IMG/VR virus record: IMGVR_UViG_3300044857_000313 | Location: 23,140-87,139 of that record | Length of the DNA stretch: 64,000 bases | DNA from: a virus | Reading direction: 5' to 3' (one strand) | Shown: piece after piece, positions 52,776 to 63,984 of the stretch | Numbering within the stretch: position 1 is the first letter of the stretch | Layout: each line of letters opens with the position of its first letter | Notes under the pieces: model-generated | The model's database searches: none | What the model was told of the DNA's origin: nothing | What the model saw: only the letters and a program-made list of their open reading frames with translations | Translations under genes and position numbers: made by a program

Positions 52776-55700
52776 TTATTTAGCTTTCAAACTGTTTAAT
52801 TTAGATAATGTGTCTATAGCCTGCGTGTAGGGGATAAAATCAGGAACAGGAGCCAGATTTAACAGCGTCCGTAAATCCTTTTGTGTCCCCTTGCTGGTAG
52901 CCAGACGATAAGCACTGCGAATTGGCTTCCATGTCAAATCAGATAAAGTGTCAACGGCAGGTAACTGCTGTACACTATTCCCTACAAAGTCCCCAAAGTC
53001 TTTAGGGGGATTATTTCGGTATTGAGATACTGTCGTTCTGATTGTGGGCGCACCTGTGCCAGCTTCCCAGAAGTCATTAGCGACACCCATGGGAGACAAG
53101 AAACCTGTTCGGAAAAATGCGGCCTTCGCAAGAGCCTTATCATTCAAATAGTTTTCCTTGATGTAGTTAGCGGCATCTGTCTGTCCCAGCGCATACAGAG
53201 CGGCCATCTTAGCTCCGTTACGCGCGGCAAAAGCGGCTGTATTGGTCATAAGGGATAATGCAAAAGCCATGGCATCCTGTGCTTCATGCTGTTGAAGCAT
53301 CCGCATAAACTGCGCATTGTTTGAGCGCATATTGAAGTCTTTAAACATCATGATAAGGCGCATTAAAGAGTTGGTGTCTTTCAGCATATTTCGGTTGCCT
53401 TCGGACGCACTCAATAAGACACTCTTTTCCACCTGATTCTGCATCAGATCATACCAAGCCCAGAAGGTATCAGGTTTTTCCTTTCTCCATGCATCTACAT
53501 CAAAACCATCTGCAACAGTCCCTTTTTTACCATCCCACTTCACATAGGTACGCAAGTCTTTTTTCATCTGTGCAAGGTCTACAGGTCTGCCAAGGGCCTT
53601 GATATTCGCCTTGCTGAATGGATTACGTAAAGCATTGAAGGTTTCACCATGCGCCCAACGAATCGAGTCTGTAATGGCCGCACTACGAGCAGAGCGAACC
53701 ATTGTGTCTGTCATATGTCCAAGCATGTTAATCTGTGAAGTGAACTTTCCTAGATTGTGTGTCATATCAGCCGCACTAATCAATAGGTTATCCACACCAA
53801 ATCCACGTTTAGATAAGGCATTACGGGTCTGTGTGTCTCCCCAGTTACCACGGAAAATGTAACGTTCTATAGGTTCCCCAAAGACATGCCATGAGAGGTC
53901 TTCAACCATCTTAGAATTAGCTTTCCCAAGACGAACATCCTGTACGAATTTTCGCAAAGGATTGAAGACACCAAATACCTGTTTCAGACCACCATAAGCG
54001 ATAGCACCCCCTAAGTCACCTAACTGGTTCCATCCCATCGAGCCACCACGCTTGAAGTATGCAAAGTTGTTAAGAATCTTTGTGACTGCTGAACCTTCAT
54101 CATAGATGTTTCGTTCGTAGTGGTCACGCATCCCGCGGAGTCGTGCAATGTTGTCTAAGAACCACCGTTTATTTTTTTCAGCTGTGGAACTGTTTATACG
54201 CCCATCATTCCCCATGGAAGCAAGACGCGATTCATGGAGTACCTTCTTTACGAAAGCTCCATATTCATTAGCAGAACCAAGGATGTTGCGGACTGCCACT
54301 TCTCCTGCAAAACGTCTATTCGTTCTGTTCAGTGTGTGTTCAAGGTCATAGTATCTAAGGTCATTATCAAAGGAGAAGGGCTTTACTACATTTCCCTCTG
54401 CATCTTTAATATCCATGACGATACCTGTGTCCATCGGGAGACGACCACGGAAGAAATTCAAGTCCCCAAGTTTAGAGGAAGCACCATTGGTGTCTAAACC
54501 ATCCAATTTATCCTCAAGTGGTTGCATGATGTTGTCTGCCCACTCTTTGCATTTTGTCTTGCGGAACTCATCAATTTCTTCATCTGTGGTGTCTTTCACC
54601 ACATGCGAACGTTTCTGTTCTAGGTCTTCTTTAACCTGTTTTACCTTTTCAGAACTCTTACGTCCTTCTTTGTTTAGATAAGTTTCAGCGTCATGTATTT
54701 CACGCTGTAACTTCAATTCCTTTTCTCGTTTAATCATATCCCCTATGAGCTTACGAGAAGTCGGTGTATTGGAAGCGGCTAATGCATATTGCTCCATAAA
54801 AGCTCTTGCTCCCTTATCACCTGTGGTGGTGAAGTTAGACACAAACTCTCTGTAAGCATCAGGGTCAACCAAGCGATGAAATTCATCATCAACGGAGTAC
54901 CAGCCATCCTCAATCAAGTTACGTTCAGTAGAACCCCCAAAGAGAGAGGATGAATTTTTACCAAGGTCAATGCGCGTATCATAAAGACCCTGCAAGGACT
55001 TGACGGCCTTCATGACATTCTGGTCAACCAAGTTATCATCAATGTTAATGTGTGTCTGCTGTTTAGACAGGCTGTTGAATTTATCAATTACAAGCTTATC
55101 AAATTCCTGTCTATGCGCATCCCCTTTACGAAAAGGATTAATGACACCCATTGTGCCATAATGGTCGCGTATCCATTCTTTACGAGCATCAAGAATATCA
55201 CCTTTGTACTTATCAAGTTGTCCCATGATATAGTCCTTCATACGTTCGGCAGAGGGCATATTGGAACCATTACGAGATGTACCACGCCGCTGTGCATCTT
55301 CCCATAATTCAGAAGCTTTCTTAGCAAGCGTCACGGACGGAGAATGATAAGCGGCCCCATACGGAGTACGAGTTATCGCTGTGTTATCCATCAATCCTGA
55401 TAAGGTATTGACGGTCTTTTCAAAGGCTGTTTTGCCTTTGCGTTCCTGTGCCAGTTCATCTGCACTCTTTTCATAGTCAAGAAGACTTTCAGGTGCAAGC
55501 ATGTTGTCTTTTGAGAAATGGACACCATTTTGGATAATACTCCCATCAGGATTGACAAGGATACCCTGCTTTTTCAAGCTCTGATAGCGAACCGCTGTAT
55601 TGACCATGTCGAGAATCTCGTTGTTGGTGAATCTTGATTTATCACCAAAACCCATTTCCTTTAAACCATCTCTAAAGCTAGACACCAAGGAATGACTAGA

Positions 55701-57875
55701 CTTACGACTCAACATATCATGCTGAATGGCATAACCAAGAATCTCTTCGGGGTCTGTGCTGTTGGCGAGTCTTGCGGCCTGTGCAAACTTTGATGTTGTG
55801 TCTTTTGCTTGTGTAGACACAAAATCCATCAAGGACTGATAACGGTCAGTACCTATGGTGTCTTGCAAAGACTGATGGACACCAATTTCATGTGCTAAGA
55901 CACCATCTAAGTCTTTTGCTCCATTGATGTTATCTTTGACTACTACGGTATAATTACCATGAGGAACAAAGAATCCTTTCGTATTATCAGACACTTTGAT
56001 ACCCATGGAAGCTCCAAGTTTCTTTGCATCTGCCAGCGACAGTGCAAATACATCATCACGCTCTGCTACAGAACTTGCAATATTCCCTTCCTGCTTCGTG
56101 AAGTATTCCGCATCATGTAGTTTTGAAGCGGCTTCCTTTGTATCCATAATGGTGTAGGGTGTCTTGAGTCCTACGGCATCACGAGCGGCACTTTCTTCAA
56201 TCCTATCAGCTGTTCGGGCCAGATTAGCTATAGCAGGGTCTTTATGGAACAAGTTCTTTCCTGCCATGCCAAGGGTACGTAATACACCCCCTGAAAGCCC
56301 TGCAATCATAGCGGCCCCTGCGATACTGTCATCTGTACCATTACCAAGATTAGCGGCGTGTTGCTGAATAGCTCCCAAAGCGGCCATATTTAATGCTGTG
56401 TCCCCAATTCTTTCAGCACCCCCTGCACTGAGAATCTTTTCAGCAGATGCTTTAGCGGCACTATCAATGATACGTGTATCTTTCACCACGCCCCCAAGTG
56501 TCTTCATAATCTTCCCTGCCTGTAAGACCTTTAATTCAGGAAGTGCGTTCAGGGGGTCTAAGACAGCCCCTAAGATAGTGCCAAGAGTATGTGCGCCTAC
56601 CGAATTATAGTAAGCGGCGTACTTTGTGTCTTCGGCCATCTCATCGGACTTCTTTTGTAATAGGTAATACAACTGGGTGGGGTCTTTCGCATTATCAATA
56701 ATCCACTGTGCTTCTGCTTCATTACCACTCCCCATAGCGGCCCTGATGTAGTTACGGTCTGCATCAGTAATCTTATCACGGCCAAATGCATCAAGGTCGC
56801 TGTGGAATAGGTCAGTATAAAGGGCATCAACGAACTCATAAGCAAAGTTCCCACTACGCTTGAAGTCATGCCAAATGCCCTCAAGGATAGAAGGCTTTTC
56901 TTTCAGGGAGTCTTCATAGGCTTTCTGCATCTGTAGTTTTGCATCTGCAAGAGCCTGTATTTCAGGACTCACCATGTTCTGCATTTTAGGAGTAAAGACA
57001 CCCTCACCAAAAGTGGTTGTGTCCTGCTTAGGCCCTAAGATAGCATTGACTTCCTTTGATAAATCAGGATTAGCTACATGAAGGTGTGGGCCTGTGCCAT
57101 GAGGGTCACTAATAACTTCCTGAAAGCCTAATGAACGTGCATAGTCCGCAAGAGCAGATAAGGTGTCATCCCCCCACTGCAAGCCCTCCCATGCAATATC
57201 AGCACCAAGGCCCTTATAATGCCAACTATTTTCTGTATGTGAATCATCATTAGCCCCTGCTGTCAGAATAGGAGAGACACCCAATTCCTGTGCCTTCTTG
57301 AACAGCATCCCTAAACGCTGATACATACTACCGTCGATACCCTTCATGTCCTCAGGAAGATAGGAAGTGTAGTCTTCTGTGTCTGAACCACCACTACTGG
57401 ACTCACTAGAACCTGTAGCAGACGCATCATAGCTTTCGCCCCCATAAAGGTTTGAATAGACTTCACCTGCTACCTGTTGTCTTTGGTCTAGTGCCTGTCC
57501 TTGACAACGTTCATAGTAATCCGCAATAGCGGCGGATGCACTTTCAGCACTCGACAAGTCCGAGTTGGAAATTTCTTCCAAGGCTTGTGATTCTGTATTA
57601 TGAAGTTCCCAATCAACGAACTCTAACTGTGCATAAATGTCATTTGAATCATATCCATGTTCATCCATGAAGTTTCTGAAATTCGTCTGTCTACTTTCAT
57701 CAAGCCATTGCGCAACACCATATGCACCATTAGGGGACGTAATATCAGGATTGATGTCCTCACCGCCGCCCGTTTCAACTGCAAAGTTAGCGGCGAACCC
57801 TGCGGCCAATGTTGGTGAATATCCATGCTGGACAAACCAATTATAGACAAGGGCCATGTTATTTGAAACTGCCAT
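52776..57875 (-). CDS. Internal virion protein (gp16 position) with lysozyme-like and M15-like domains
   Basis: Ortholog of 9297..14411. Confidence 0.75.
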   Translation of the reverse strand: MAVSNNMALVYNWFVQHGYSPTLAAGFAANFAVETGGGEDINPDITSPNGAYGVAQWLDESRQTNFRNFMDEHGYDSNDIYAQLEFVDWELHNTESQALEEISNSDLSSAESASAAIADYYERCQGQALDQRQQVAGEVYSNLYGGESYDASATGSSESSSGGSDTEDYTSYLPEDMKGIDGSMYQRLGMLFKKAQELGVSPILTAGANDDSHTENSWHYKGLGADIAWEGLQWGDDTLSALADYARSLGFQEVISDPHGTGPHLHVANPDLSKEVNAILGPKQDTTTFGEGVFTPKMQNMVSPEIQALADAKLQMQKAYEDSLKEKPSILEGIWHDFKRSGNFAYEFVDALYTDLFHSDLDAFGRDKITDADRNYIRAAMGSGNEAEAQWIIDNAKDPTQLYYLLQKKSDEMAEDTKYAAYYNSVGAHTLGTILGAVLDPLNALPELKVLQAGKIMKTLGGVVKDTRIIDSAAKASAEKILSAGGAERIGDTALNMAALGAIQQHAANLGNGTDDSIAGAAMIAGLSGGVLRTLGMAGKNLFHKDPAIANLARTADRIEESAARDAVGLKTPYTIMDTKEAASKLHDAEYFTKQEGNIASSVAERDDVFALSLADAKKLGASMGIKVSDNTKGFFVPHGNYTVVVKDNINGAKDLDGVLAHEIGVHQSLQDTIGTDRYQSLMDFVSTQAKDTTSKFAQAARLANSTDPEEILGYAIQHDMLSRKSSHSLVSSFRDGLKEMGFGDKSRFTNNEILDMVNTAVRYQSLKKQGILVNPDGSIIQNGVHFSKDNMLAPESLLDYEKSADELAQERKGKTAFEKTVNTLSGLMDNTAITRTPYGAAYHSPSVTLAKKASELWEDAQRRGTSRNGSNMPSAERMKDYIMGQLDKYKGDILDARKEWIRDHYGTMGVINPFRKGDAHRQEFDKLVIDKFNSLSKQQTHINIDDNLVDQNVMKAVKSLQGLYDTRIDLGKNSSSLFGGSTERNLIEDGWYSVDDEFHRLVDPDAYREFVSNFTTTGDKGARAFMEQYALAASNTPTSRKLIGDMIKREKELKLQREIHDAETYLNKEGRKSSEKVKQVKEDLEQKRSHVVKDTTDEEIDEFRKTKCKEWADNIMQPLEDKLDGLDTNGASSKLGDLNFFRGRLPMDTGIVMDIKDAEGNVVKPFSFDNDLRYYDLEHTLNRTNRRFAGEVAVRNILGSANEYGAFVKKVLHESRLASMGNDGRINSSTAEKNKRWFLDNIARLRGMRDHYERNIYDEGSAVTKILNNFAYFKRGGSMGWNQLGDLGGAIAYGGLKQVFGVFNPLRKFVQDVRLGKANSKMVEDLSWHVFGEPIERYIFRGNWGDTQTRNALSKRGFGVDNLLISAADMTHNLGKFTSQINMLGHMTDTMVRSARSAAITDSIRWAHGETFNALRNPFSKANIKALGRPVDLAQMKKDLRTYVKWDGKKGTVADGFDVDAWRKEKPDTFWAWYDLMQNQVEKSVLLSASEGNRNMLKDTNSLMRLIMMFKDFNMRSNNAQFMRMLQQHEAQDAMAFALSLMTNTAAFAARNGAKMAALYALGQTDAANYIKENYLNDKALAKAAFFRTGFLSPMGVANDFWEAGTGAPTIRTTVSQYRNNPPKDFGDFVGNSVQQLPAVDTLSDLTWKPIRSAYRLATSKGTQKDLRTLLNLAPVPDFIPYTQAIDTLSKLNSLKAK

Positions 57876-57892
57876 TGTGTCTTATCTCCTTT

Positions 57893-60250
57893 CTATTTTC
57901 CTGTAATCCAATGCCATGCGCTCCGTGCCTGTTCTTTGATTACATCTGCAACAGAATCTGAATGTTCAGCTACATCTTGTGCCTGTTCTTCTGTTACACC
58001 ATTAGAACCTACAGCAGTAGAAACATATTCTGTTGTATCAGAACCACCATCGCTTGTACTAGTCGTCGGTGCAGGCGGAACATAAGTAGCTACATACTGA
58101 ATTTCATTAGCCATATCAGAGCCAGAAAGCTGTGTATAGTTTCCGTTTGCGCTCTCTGAGAAAGACCACGTATTAGATGCTTCATCGTAGGATACATTAA
58201 TATCCTCAGGGGACACTCCCCAATTATTTGCATATTGATAGCAAAGAGCATCAAGAGATTGTTTTGCAAATGCATTTTCTGTAGAGGGAGACAAACCACT
58301 ATTGAAACAGTTCTTAGGAAAGACTGCCCCATGATAGTAAGCGTAAGCATCCCTAATGTCATTGCAAGCGGAATCTAAAGCGGCTTGGGGGTCATGATAA
58401 GCTAAGTTATACATCAAAGCTCTATCCTTCACTGTTTCTGCAATCTGTGGATTGTCCCAAGAAATATCAGGAGCCGTACTCCCTTCACTATTCCAGCTTT
58501 CCATACCACCAATAGACCAACCACCTGCGGCGATACCTTTAATCTGCGCCATGTAGTTCTGTTTATCCTGTTCACTGGTGTCTTTAATACGACAATAGTT
58601 GGCGTACCCTCGAACGAGTGCATTGTCTGCATCTTCTTCACCTGACGTATGGGAGAAGTTCACAATCGCTCCAATAGCGGCGTCAACCTTACTACCAAAA
58701 GCACCTGCAAACTGACCGTGATTGATGTTACGTGCCTTTACAAGATAGATGATGGAGTTAGGGACGCCATTCGATTCTACACTGTCTGCTGTAGCACTAT
58801 TGATGGTCTGTAAAACGCTATTCACAAGTTGCTCTTTTACGTTACTTACACCTGAATAAGTGTAGAGCTTCATAAGTTTCTGTGCCTTTGTGTCTTCATC
58901 CGCATCACTATTGATAATCTGATTTTCGTACCCCTGAAAAGCACTGAGAATCGTACCTGAATCAACTGCCTTGCCACCAACTAAAGGTTTCCCAATGGAA
59001 CTACCATAACCATCTTTTACAGGATTGTCATCTTCCATGAACGCTCGAATGTTTTCCATAGCCGAAGCAGAACTAGCCTGTGATTTAGCGGCTGTAGTAA
59101 CACCTTTAGCCCCAACCTTAGCCATACGAGCCTGAGCGGCCTTATGCTGATTTTGAAGACTCTCAATTTCAGGCAACATCCCTGTAAGAATTTCAGCATT
59201 ATCACGATCTGAACGGTTACCAGACTGTCCCATTTTAATGACATCGGTATAGACACGATTCATGTCTTTGTCTTTACCATATTTTTTGGTGAAGTCCATC
59301 TTTGATTTTTCCATGTGGGCTTTACGATAGGCAAGATTCAGGGTGTCTAATTCCATGGTGTCTACCAAATCACCCATAGTCTGTGTTGTGCCGTCCAAAC
59401 GTGTCTGGACATCAACACCATCGAGAATGGTAGCTTTAAAGTTCTTAAAGTCTTTGACTGTTCCTGTTGTGATAATCTGCTTTACAGTGTTGTCTACAAG
59501 CGTCTGTCGCTGAGAAGGATTCAATCCCATCAAGCGACTCTGATTGAAAATATCCTGTAACTTCTGTACTTGTGTAGCTCTATCCATCGTTGGCATATCA
59601 TAGACAAACTGTCCTAACTCAGACTTAATGTTATTGAAGGTTTCAGAGATTCTATCTTCAATATCCCTCTGAACATGATTGCTCATTAAGGTTTGCTGAT
59701 TTTCAATATTCTTGTCATTGAAGCCCTGCTCAAAAGACACATTATTGTCAATGAGTCCTTTGTCTATAAAACGCTGGCGATACTTCTGCACAAAGTCATC
59801 ATATCGCTTCACTTCCTCATCGGGAGTACGTGCAGGACTATCCCCAAATTCTTCTGTGTATGCAAGTTTCGCGGAGTCACCTAAAGCCTGTCCACGCAAC
59901 TTGTCACTATATGCAATAAAATAAGGATTATCTAAATTATTCCCATAGCCATATGTTAAGGCCATGTCAAGTGTATTAAGTTTCTGTCTGTCTTCCTCTG
60001 TGGTTGACGCAATGAGTCTGTTGGCTTCTGTAAGGCCCTCTTCATTCATGCGTTTTTCACGGTCTGTGATGGAAGACAACCAACTACTATTGAGATTATC
60101 AGCCGCACTTGCAAACATGGAAGCGGACGAGGACGAGGGGTTAGTACCTCTAACACCCTGTACCTCTGTCAAACGTTCTTGATATGTTGCATCAGGTTGC
60201 GGCATAAATTGCATTTCTGTGCCTACAGCACTAGCAATCCGTTTCGCCAT
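57893..60250 (-). CDS. Internal virion protein (gp15 position)
   Basis: Ortholog of 14433..16793; the C-terminal ~60 aa diverge. Confidence 0.6.
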   Translation of the reverse strand: MAKRIASAVGTEMQFMPQPDATYQERLTEVQGVRGTNPSSSSASMFASAADNLNSSWLSSITDREKRMNEEGLTEANRLIASTTEEDRQKLNTLDMALTYGYGNNLDNPYFIAYSDKLRGQALGDSAKLAYTEEFGDSPARTPDEEVKRYDDFVQKYRQRFIDKGLIDNNVSFEQGFNDKNIENQQTLMSNHVQRDIEDRISETFNNIKSELGQFVYDMPTMDRATQVQKLQDIFNQSRLMGLNPSQRQTLVDNTVKQIITTGTVKDFKNFKATILDGVDVQTRLDGTTQTMGDLVDTMELDTLNLAYRKAHMEKSKMDFTKKYGKDKDMNRVYTDVIKMGQSGNRSDRDNAEILTGMLPEIESLQNQHKAAQARMAKVGAKGVTTAAKSQASSASAMENIRAFMEDDNPVKDGYGSSIGKPLVGGKAVDSGTILSAFQGYENQIINSDADEDTKAQKLMKLYTYSGVSNVKEQLVNSVLQTINSATADSVESNGVPNSIIYLVKARNINHGQFAGAFGSKVDAAIGAIVNFSHTSGEEDADNALVRGYANYCRIKDTSEQDKQNYMAQIKGIAAGGWSIGGMESWNSEGSTAPDISWDNPQIAETVKDRALMYNLAYHDPQAALDSACNDIRDAYAYYHGAVFPKNCFNSGLSPSTENAFAKQSLDALCYQYANNWGVSPEDINVSYDEASNTWSFSESANGNYTQLSGSDMANEIQYVATYVPPAPTTSTSDGGSDTTEYVSTAVGSNGVTEEQAQDVAEHSDSVADVIKEQARSAWHWITGK

Positions 60251-61065
60251 GTAGCACCTCTCCTTGAAATACCCCCATTAGACCAATCATAAGACAAGTC
60301 ACTACTCATGTCACCGCTAAAGTAACCATTGATAGCATTGCTTGCAAAAAGGCCATGAGGATTGAATAAATTCATACTGTCATACTTTGCAGACGCTTCG
60401 TCAAGGTCTACAATTCGTGTCCCAATCCCTGTATTGTGAATGTCTTCACTGTGTATATAGGGGTCGAGATTTACAGGTGTGATGTCACCTGTATTTCTAT
60501 CAAGTGTCTTTCCATGTCCGCCTTCGACACCTGCTTTCTTTCTCATGCTCTTAATATCCTGTAAGGTATTATAGGTCTGCATGAAATCAGAAAACATTTC
60601 CATACCTTGTGTAAGATATGATGGTGTCTCAACCGACGGAATACTATTGATAGCATTACGTGTAGAGATAAGTGCCGCTTCTTTATTGAGGTCAATTTCA
60701 TTCATTTGTGTTTGATAATTAGCCTGCGCCTGCGAAGCATCACGGGATTCATCTGCACGAATACTACGATTAATCAAATTAGCTGTTCTGCCACCCCCTG
60801 CCAACTCTTCGTTGACAGCGGCCTTAACAGACGCTTCCTGTCTATGAGCGTTCATCCTGTCTTTCGTCATTGCATCAATCTGAGCGGCGAAAGCGGCCCT
60901 ACGCTGTGTTTCATAATTTTGAAAGGTATAGTTCATAGACTGGAGCAATCCCCTTGCGGTCTGATTGTTGGCATCAATCTGATTCTGAATCTCAGCCCTA
61001 CTTGCTTTCTGCTTAGACAAAGAGCTAAGAGCTGAAATACCATAACTAAGTGCTACGGTACACAT
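60223..61065 (-). CDS. Internal virion protein (gp14 position)
   Basis: Ortholog of 16766..17608. Confidence 0.55.
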   Translation of the reverse strand: MCTVALSYGISALSSLSKQKASRAEIQNQIDANNQTARGLLQSMNYTFQNYETQRRAAFAAQIDAMTKDRMNAHRQEASVKAAVNEELAGGGRTANLINRSIRADESRDASQAQANYQTQMNEIDLNKEAALISTRNAINSIPSVETPSYLTQGMEMFSDFMQTYNTLQDIKSMRKKAGVEGGHGKTLDRNTGDITPVNLDPYIHSEDIHNTGIGTRIVDLDEASAKYDSMNLFNPHGLFASNAINGYFSGDMSSDLSYDWSNGGISRRGATWRNGLLVL

Positions 61066-61068
61066 TCG

Positions 61069-63411
61069 CTATACCCCCTTTGTTCGTGTCATGTATAGAC
61101 AATCCCAATTCAGCCCTACAATAGAGAGGGGAACTGGCATGTCTGATTCAACTGCAATCGTAACGGATTCATTATTTGCATGAATAGGAACATCAAACTT
61201 TCCTGTTTCATTTTGCTTCTTCCCCAAGAGAGCTGAAGAAGTACCAAGAATCTTACTGGTCATCCGATATATATACTCTTTGCCCCCAAGGTAAGACACC
61301 CTGCAAGCCAAGAAACCTGTATGGTCATAGTTGATATGAATGTTCTTGATTTGTGTCCTTCCTTCTGCATAGGAGCTAATGTTTCCATTGTCGTTCTTTT
61401 TAAGGTAGAAGGTTGTGAAGACAGCCTTAAACAAATAAGGTTCCCCAACTACCAATTTCTTTCCTGCAAAGTTACCATCAAGATAGATACAGCCAGCATC
61501 ATCTGCTTTTAGATTTTCATGCAAGACACCATCATGAGTGACTACACAAAGACTCTGCAATGGTGTGGTGTCTGTGTAGGCATAAAGTGCCTTGAGGTCA
61601 AACTTTGTTCTTTCAGCTACATCATCATAGACACCATTGTCCATAACTCTCTTCTGGTCTAAATAGACACGATAAACTTCCGTATCGTCAAACTCTTTGA
61701 TATTTACGGAGAAGTCCATTTGCTCCATGGTAATCTGTGTTCCTCTGCGCATAAGCAGATATAAATAACTGCCGATGAAACCTGCACCATAAATCTCACC
61801 ATCAAAGACCCATTTAGACCACGAGGACTGAATACGTTCTTCATCGGCAAATAGATACTTGTAAAGGTAAATGGTGTCTGTCGCCCTGTTTGTCAGACAG
61901 AACAGCACATTTTCAGCCGTCGAGGTAATAATGTCATAGACACCTGCTTCAATATAGTTTGGGATGTGAGATGTAATGTCCTGTGCATTTTTCATCTGTG
62001 AAATATCCTGAACAGTATAGTATTCCCGAATTGTAGAGAAATCACCATGTTCAGAAGGGAAATATAAGTTCTTCCCTGCTACCTTTGGTTGACAGTCAGG
62101 AGAACTATTGAACTGCGTAATTTCTGTTGGGGACGCTGTTTTCGGTGTCAAGGTGGAATCAGCACGAATAATAAACTGTGTGTCGTTCGAGAAAGCGTAA
62201 AGGTCTTCTGAAAAGATAACACAATAATTAATCAGGTTCGCTTTTGTGGATGTAATCGGGACATCAATCCCATCTGTGTCTAACAGGTCATTGGCTGTTG
62301 TCATCCACCAATTAAAGTATTCCCCTGATTCAGACATGATGATGTTTTCACGAGAGGTAACACCTAGGCGATTACGATAAAAGAAGATACTGGACAAGGT
62401 ATAATTTACAAAAGATGGAGCAGGGTTACTCTCATCATCACCAACTTTTCGTTCATCCCAATCAAGAGCCTTAAATGTGAAAGTGTCATCTGCATTATGG
62501 ATGATGGCATGGGGCATGGTTGTCTTATCAAACTCAATGTTGATGTTGGGGCAAGCACACTCTTCCCACACATTACTGTCTTTTGAATACTTTACGTAAT
62601 AACTACCTTCACTTGCCCCATTCGGGTCACCTTTTACTTTGACACAATAGTTATCAGGAGCCGTAGCAGGAAGCAAGCTGAAACGCTGAATCGACTTTTT
62701 GAAGTTAATAAGTGCCTGATGGTTGAACCCATCGGCTGTCTGAACAAGACCATCACTCCGAATACGAATCCAATTATCTTGATGTTCTGTAGACACCCCA
62801 TTATTATTTAGCTGTTCATTGATGCGGTCTGCAATATAGTTGGTGTCTATCTGCTTCGTCTGTTCAGCGGCATCCCCATTCGGGCTTGTCCATGCGCATT
62901 TAGACACACCATCAATCCAAACCTGATAGGTACGGCCATACTGCCCTTGACGAACATAAAGCATACTACCCTGATTACTAAAGTAGTCTGGTGACTTCTT
63001 GCTGGACAACTGCACTGTTTTTGTATTGTTCAGTACAAAAGTGTAGTCAGCTACTGTCATAACTCGTAAGTTATCACGAGGAGTGTTAGTAGCTAAATAA
63101 GCATCATCTTCAATGTTGACAGTCTTTTCGTTCCCCTTCATGTCGTAAATCTTGACAGTGTTATTTGCAAAGACAACCATGTATTTCTGTTGCTTATCCC
63201 TATCAATGAAATGAACAAGAGGTTTACTGCCTTTGGTAAGGTTCAATCCTGTTAATGTTTTTAGATGGACTGTAGGGACACGTTTCTGTAGCCCTGAAAC
63301 CTCTGTCGAGAAACCGTTAATCTGTTCCTCAAGCTGTTCAGGGAAGCGTAAGAGGGGTGGCTGTTGAGACACACCTTGTACAAAGTTCTTAATGCTCTGT
63401 GAGTATAACAT
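61069..63411 (-). CDS. Tail tubular protein B (gp12-like)
   Basis: Ortholog of 17612..19954. Confidence 0.75.
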   Translation of the reverse strand: MLYSQSIKNFVQGVSQQPPLLRFPEQLEEQINGFSTEVSGLQKRVPTVHLKTLTGLNLTKGSKPLVHFIDRDKQQKYMVVFANNTVKIYDMKGNEKTVNIEDDAYLATNTPRDNLRVMTVADYTFVLNNTKTVQLSSKKSPDYFSNQGSMLYVRQGQYGRTYQVWIDGVSKCAWTSPNGDAAEQTKQIDTNYIADRINEQLNNNGVSTEHQDNWIRIRSDGLVQTADGFNHQALINFKKSIQRFSLLPATAPDNYCVKVKGDPNGASEGSYYVKYSKDSNVWEECACPNINIEFDKTTMPHAIIHNADDTFTFKALDWDERKVGDDESNPAPSFVNYTLSSIFFYRNRLGVTSRENIIMSESGEYFNWWMTTANDLLDTDGIDVPITSTKANLINYCVIFSEDLYAFSNDTQFIIRADSTLTPKTASPTEITQFNSSPDCQPKVAGKNLYFPSEHGDFSTIREYYTVQDISQMKNAQDITSHIPNYIEAGVYDIITSTAENVLFCLTNRATDTIYLYKYLFADEERIQSSWSKWVFDGEIYGAGFIGSYLYLLMRRGTQITMEQMDFSVNIKEFDDTEVYRVYLDQKRVMDNGVYDDVAERTKFDLKALYAYTDTTPLQSLCVVTHDGVLHENLKADDAGCIYLDGNFAGKKLVVGEPYLFKAVFTTFYLKKNDNGNISSYAEGRTQIKNIHINYDHTGFLACRVSYLGGKEYIYRMTSKILGTSSALLGKKQNETGKFDVPIHANNESVTIAVESDMPVPLSIVGLNWDCLYMTRTKGV

Positions 63412-63417
63412 GGTGTC

Positions 63418-63984
63418 TTATCTCCTTTCCAATGCACTCTGCATCCCTATGGTCTGAAACATGTTGGAACCTGTATCTATACAATACTGGACAATATCTG
63501 CATAAGCTCTTGATTCTTCAATCCGTAACTCCTGAGATACATTTTCGTCACCAAGGTAACGTTCCTGAAATAAAATAGCCGCTTCTGCTGTGATGAATGT
63601 TTTGAACTCATCAGGCAAATCCTCAAAGTCAACGGCTTCAATGATGGTAAGATGCACCTCTTCATTGAAGGTGTCTGTCTTCTCTGTAAGGTTGTACAGA
63701 AAATCCCCACGTTTTACATAAACTGCACCATTCGTCGCTGTAATCTTTATCCATGAGGGATTATATCGAATCTTTTTGCTGTTGGTGTCTGGCATAATAG
63801 TTACATTGGTCAAGGTGTTGAACTGCCATCCTTGACGCTGAATGTTTCGAGACACCGTAGCAAGTAGACTTCTTGCATTATCAACATCAATAGATTCACT
63901 CTCTGTTAAGCTATTGACAGGAGCTTCCCCAATGCCTGAAAGAATCAGATTGATTGCGTCTAACTCTGTGGATACAAATAGCAT
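63418..63984 (-). CDS. Tail tubular protein A (gp11-like)
   Basis: Ortholog of 19961..20527. Confidence 0.75.
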   Translation of the reverse strand: MLFVSTELDAINLILSGIGEAPVNSLTESESIDVDNARSLLATVSRNIQRQGWQFNTLTNVTIMPDTNSKKIRYNPSWIKITATNGAVYVKRGDFLYNLTEKTDTFNEEVHLTIIEAVDFEDLPDEFKTFITAEAAILFQERYLGDENVSQELRIEESRAYADIVQYCIDTGSNMFQTIGMQSALERR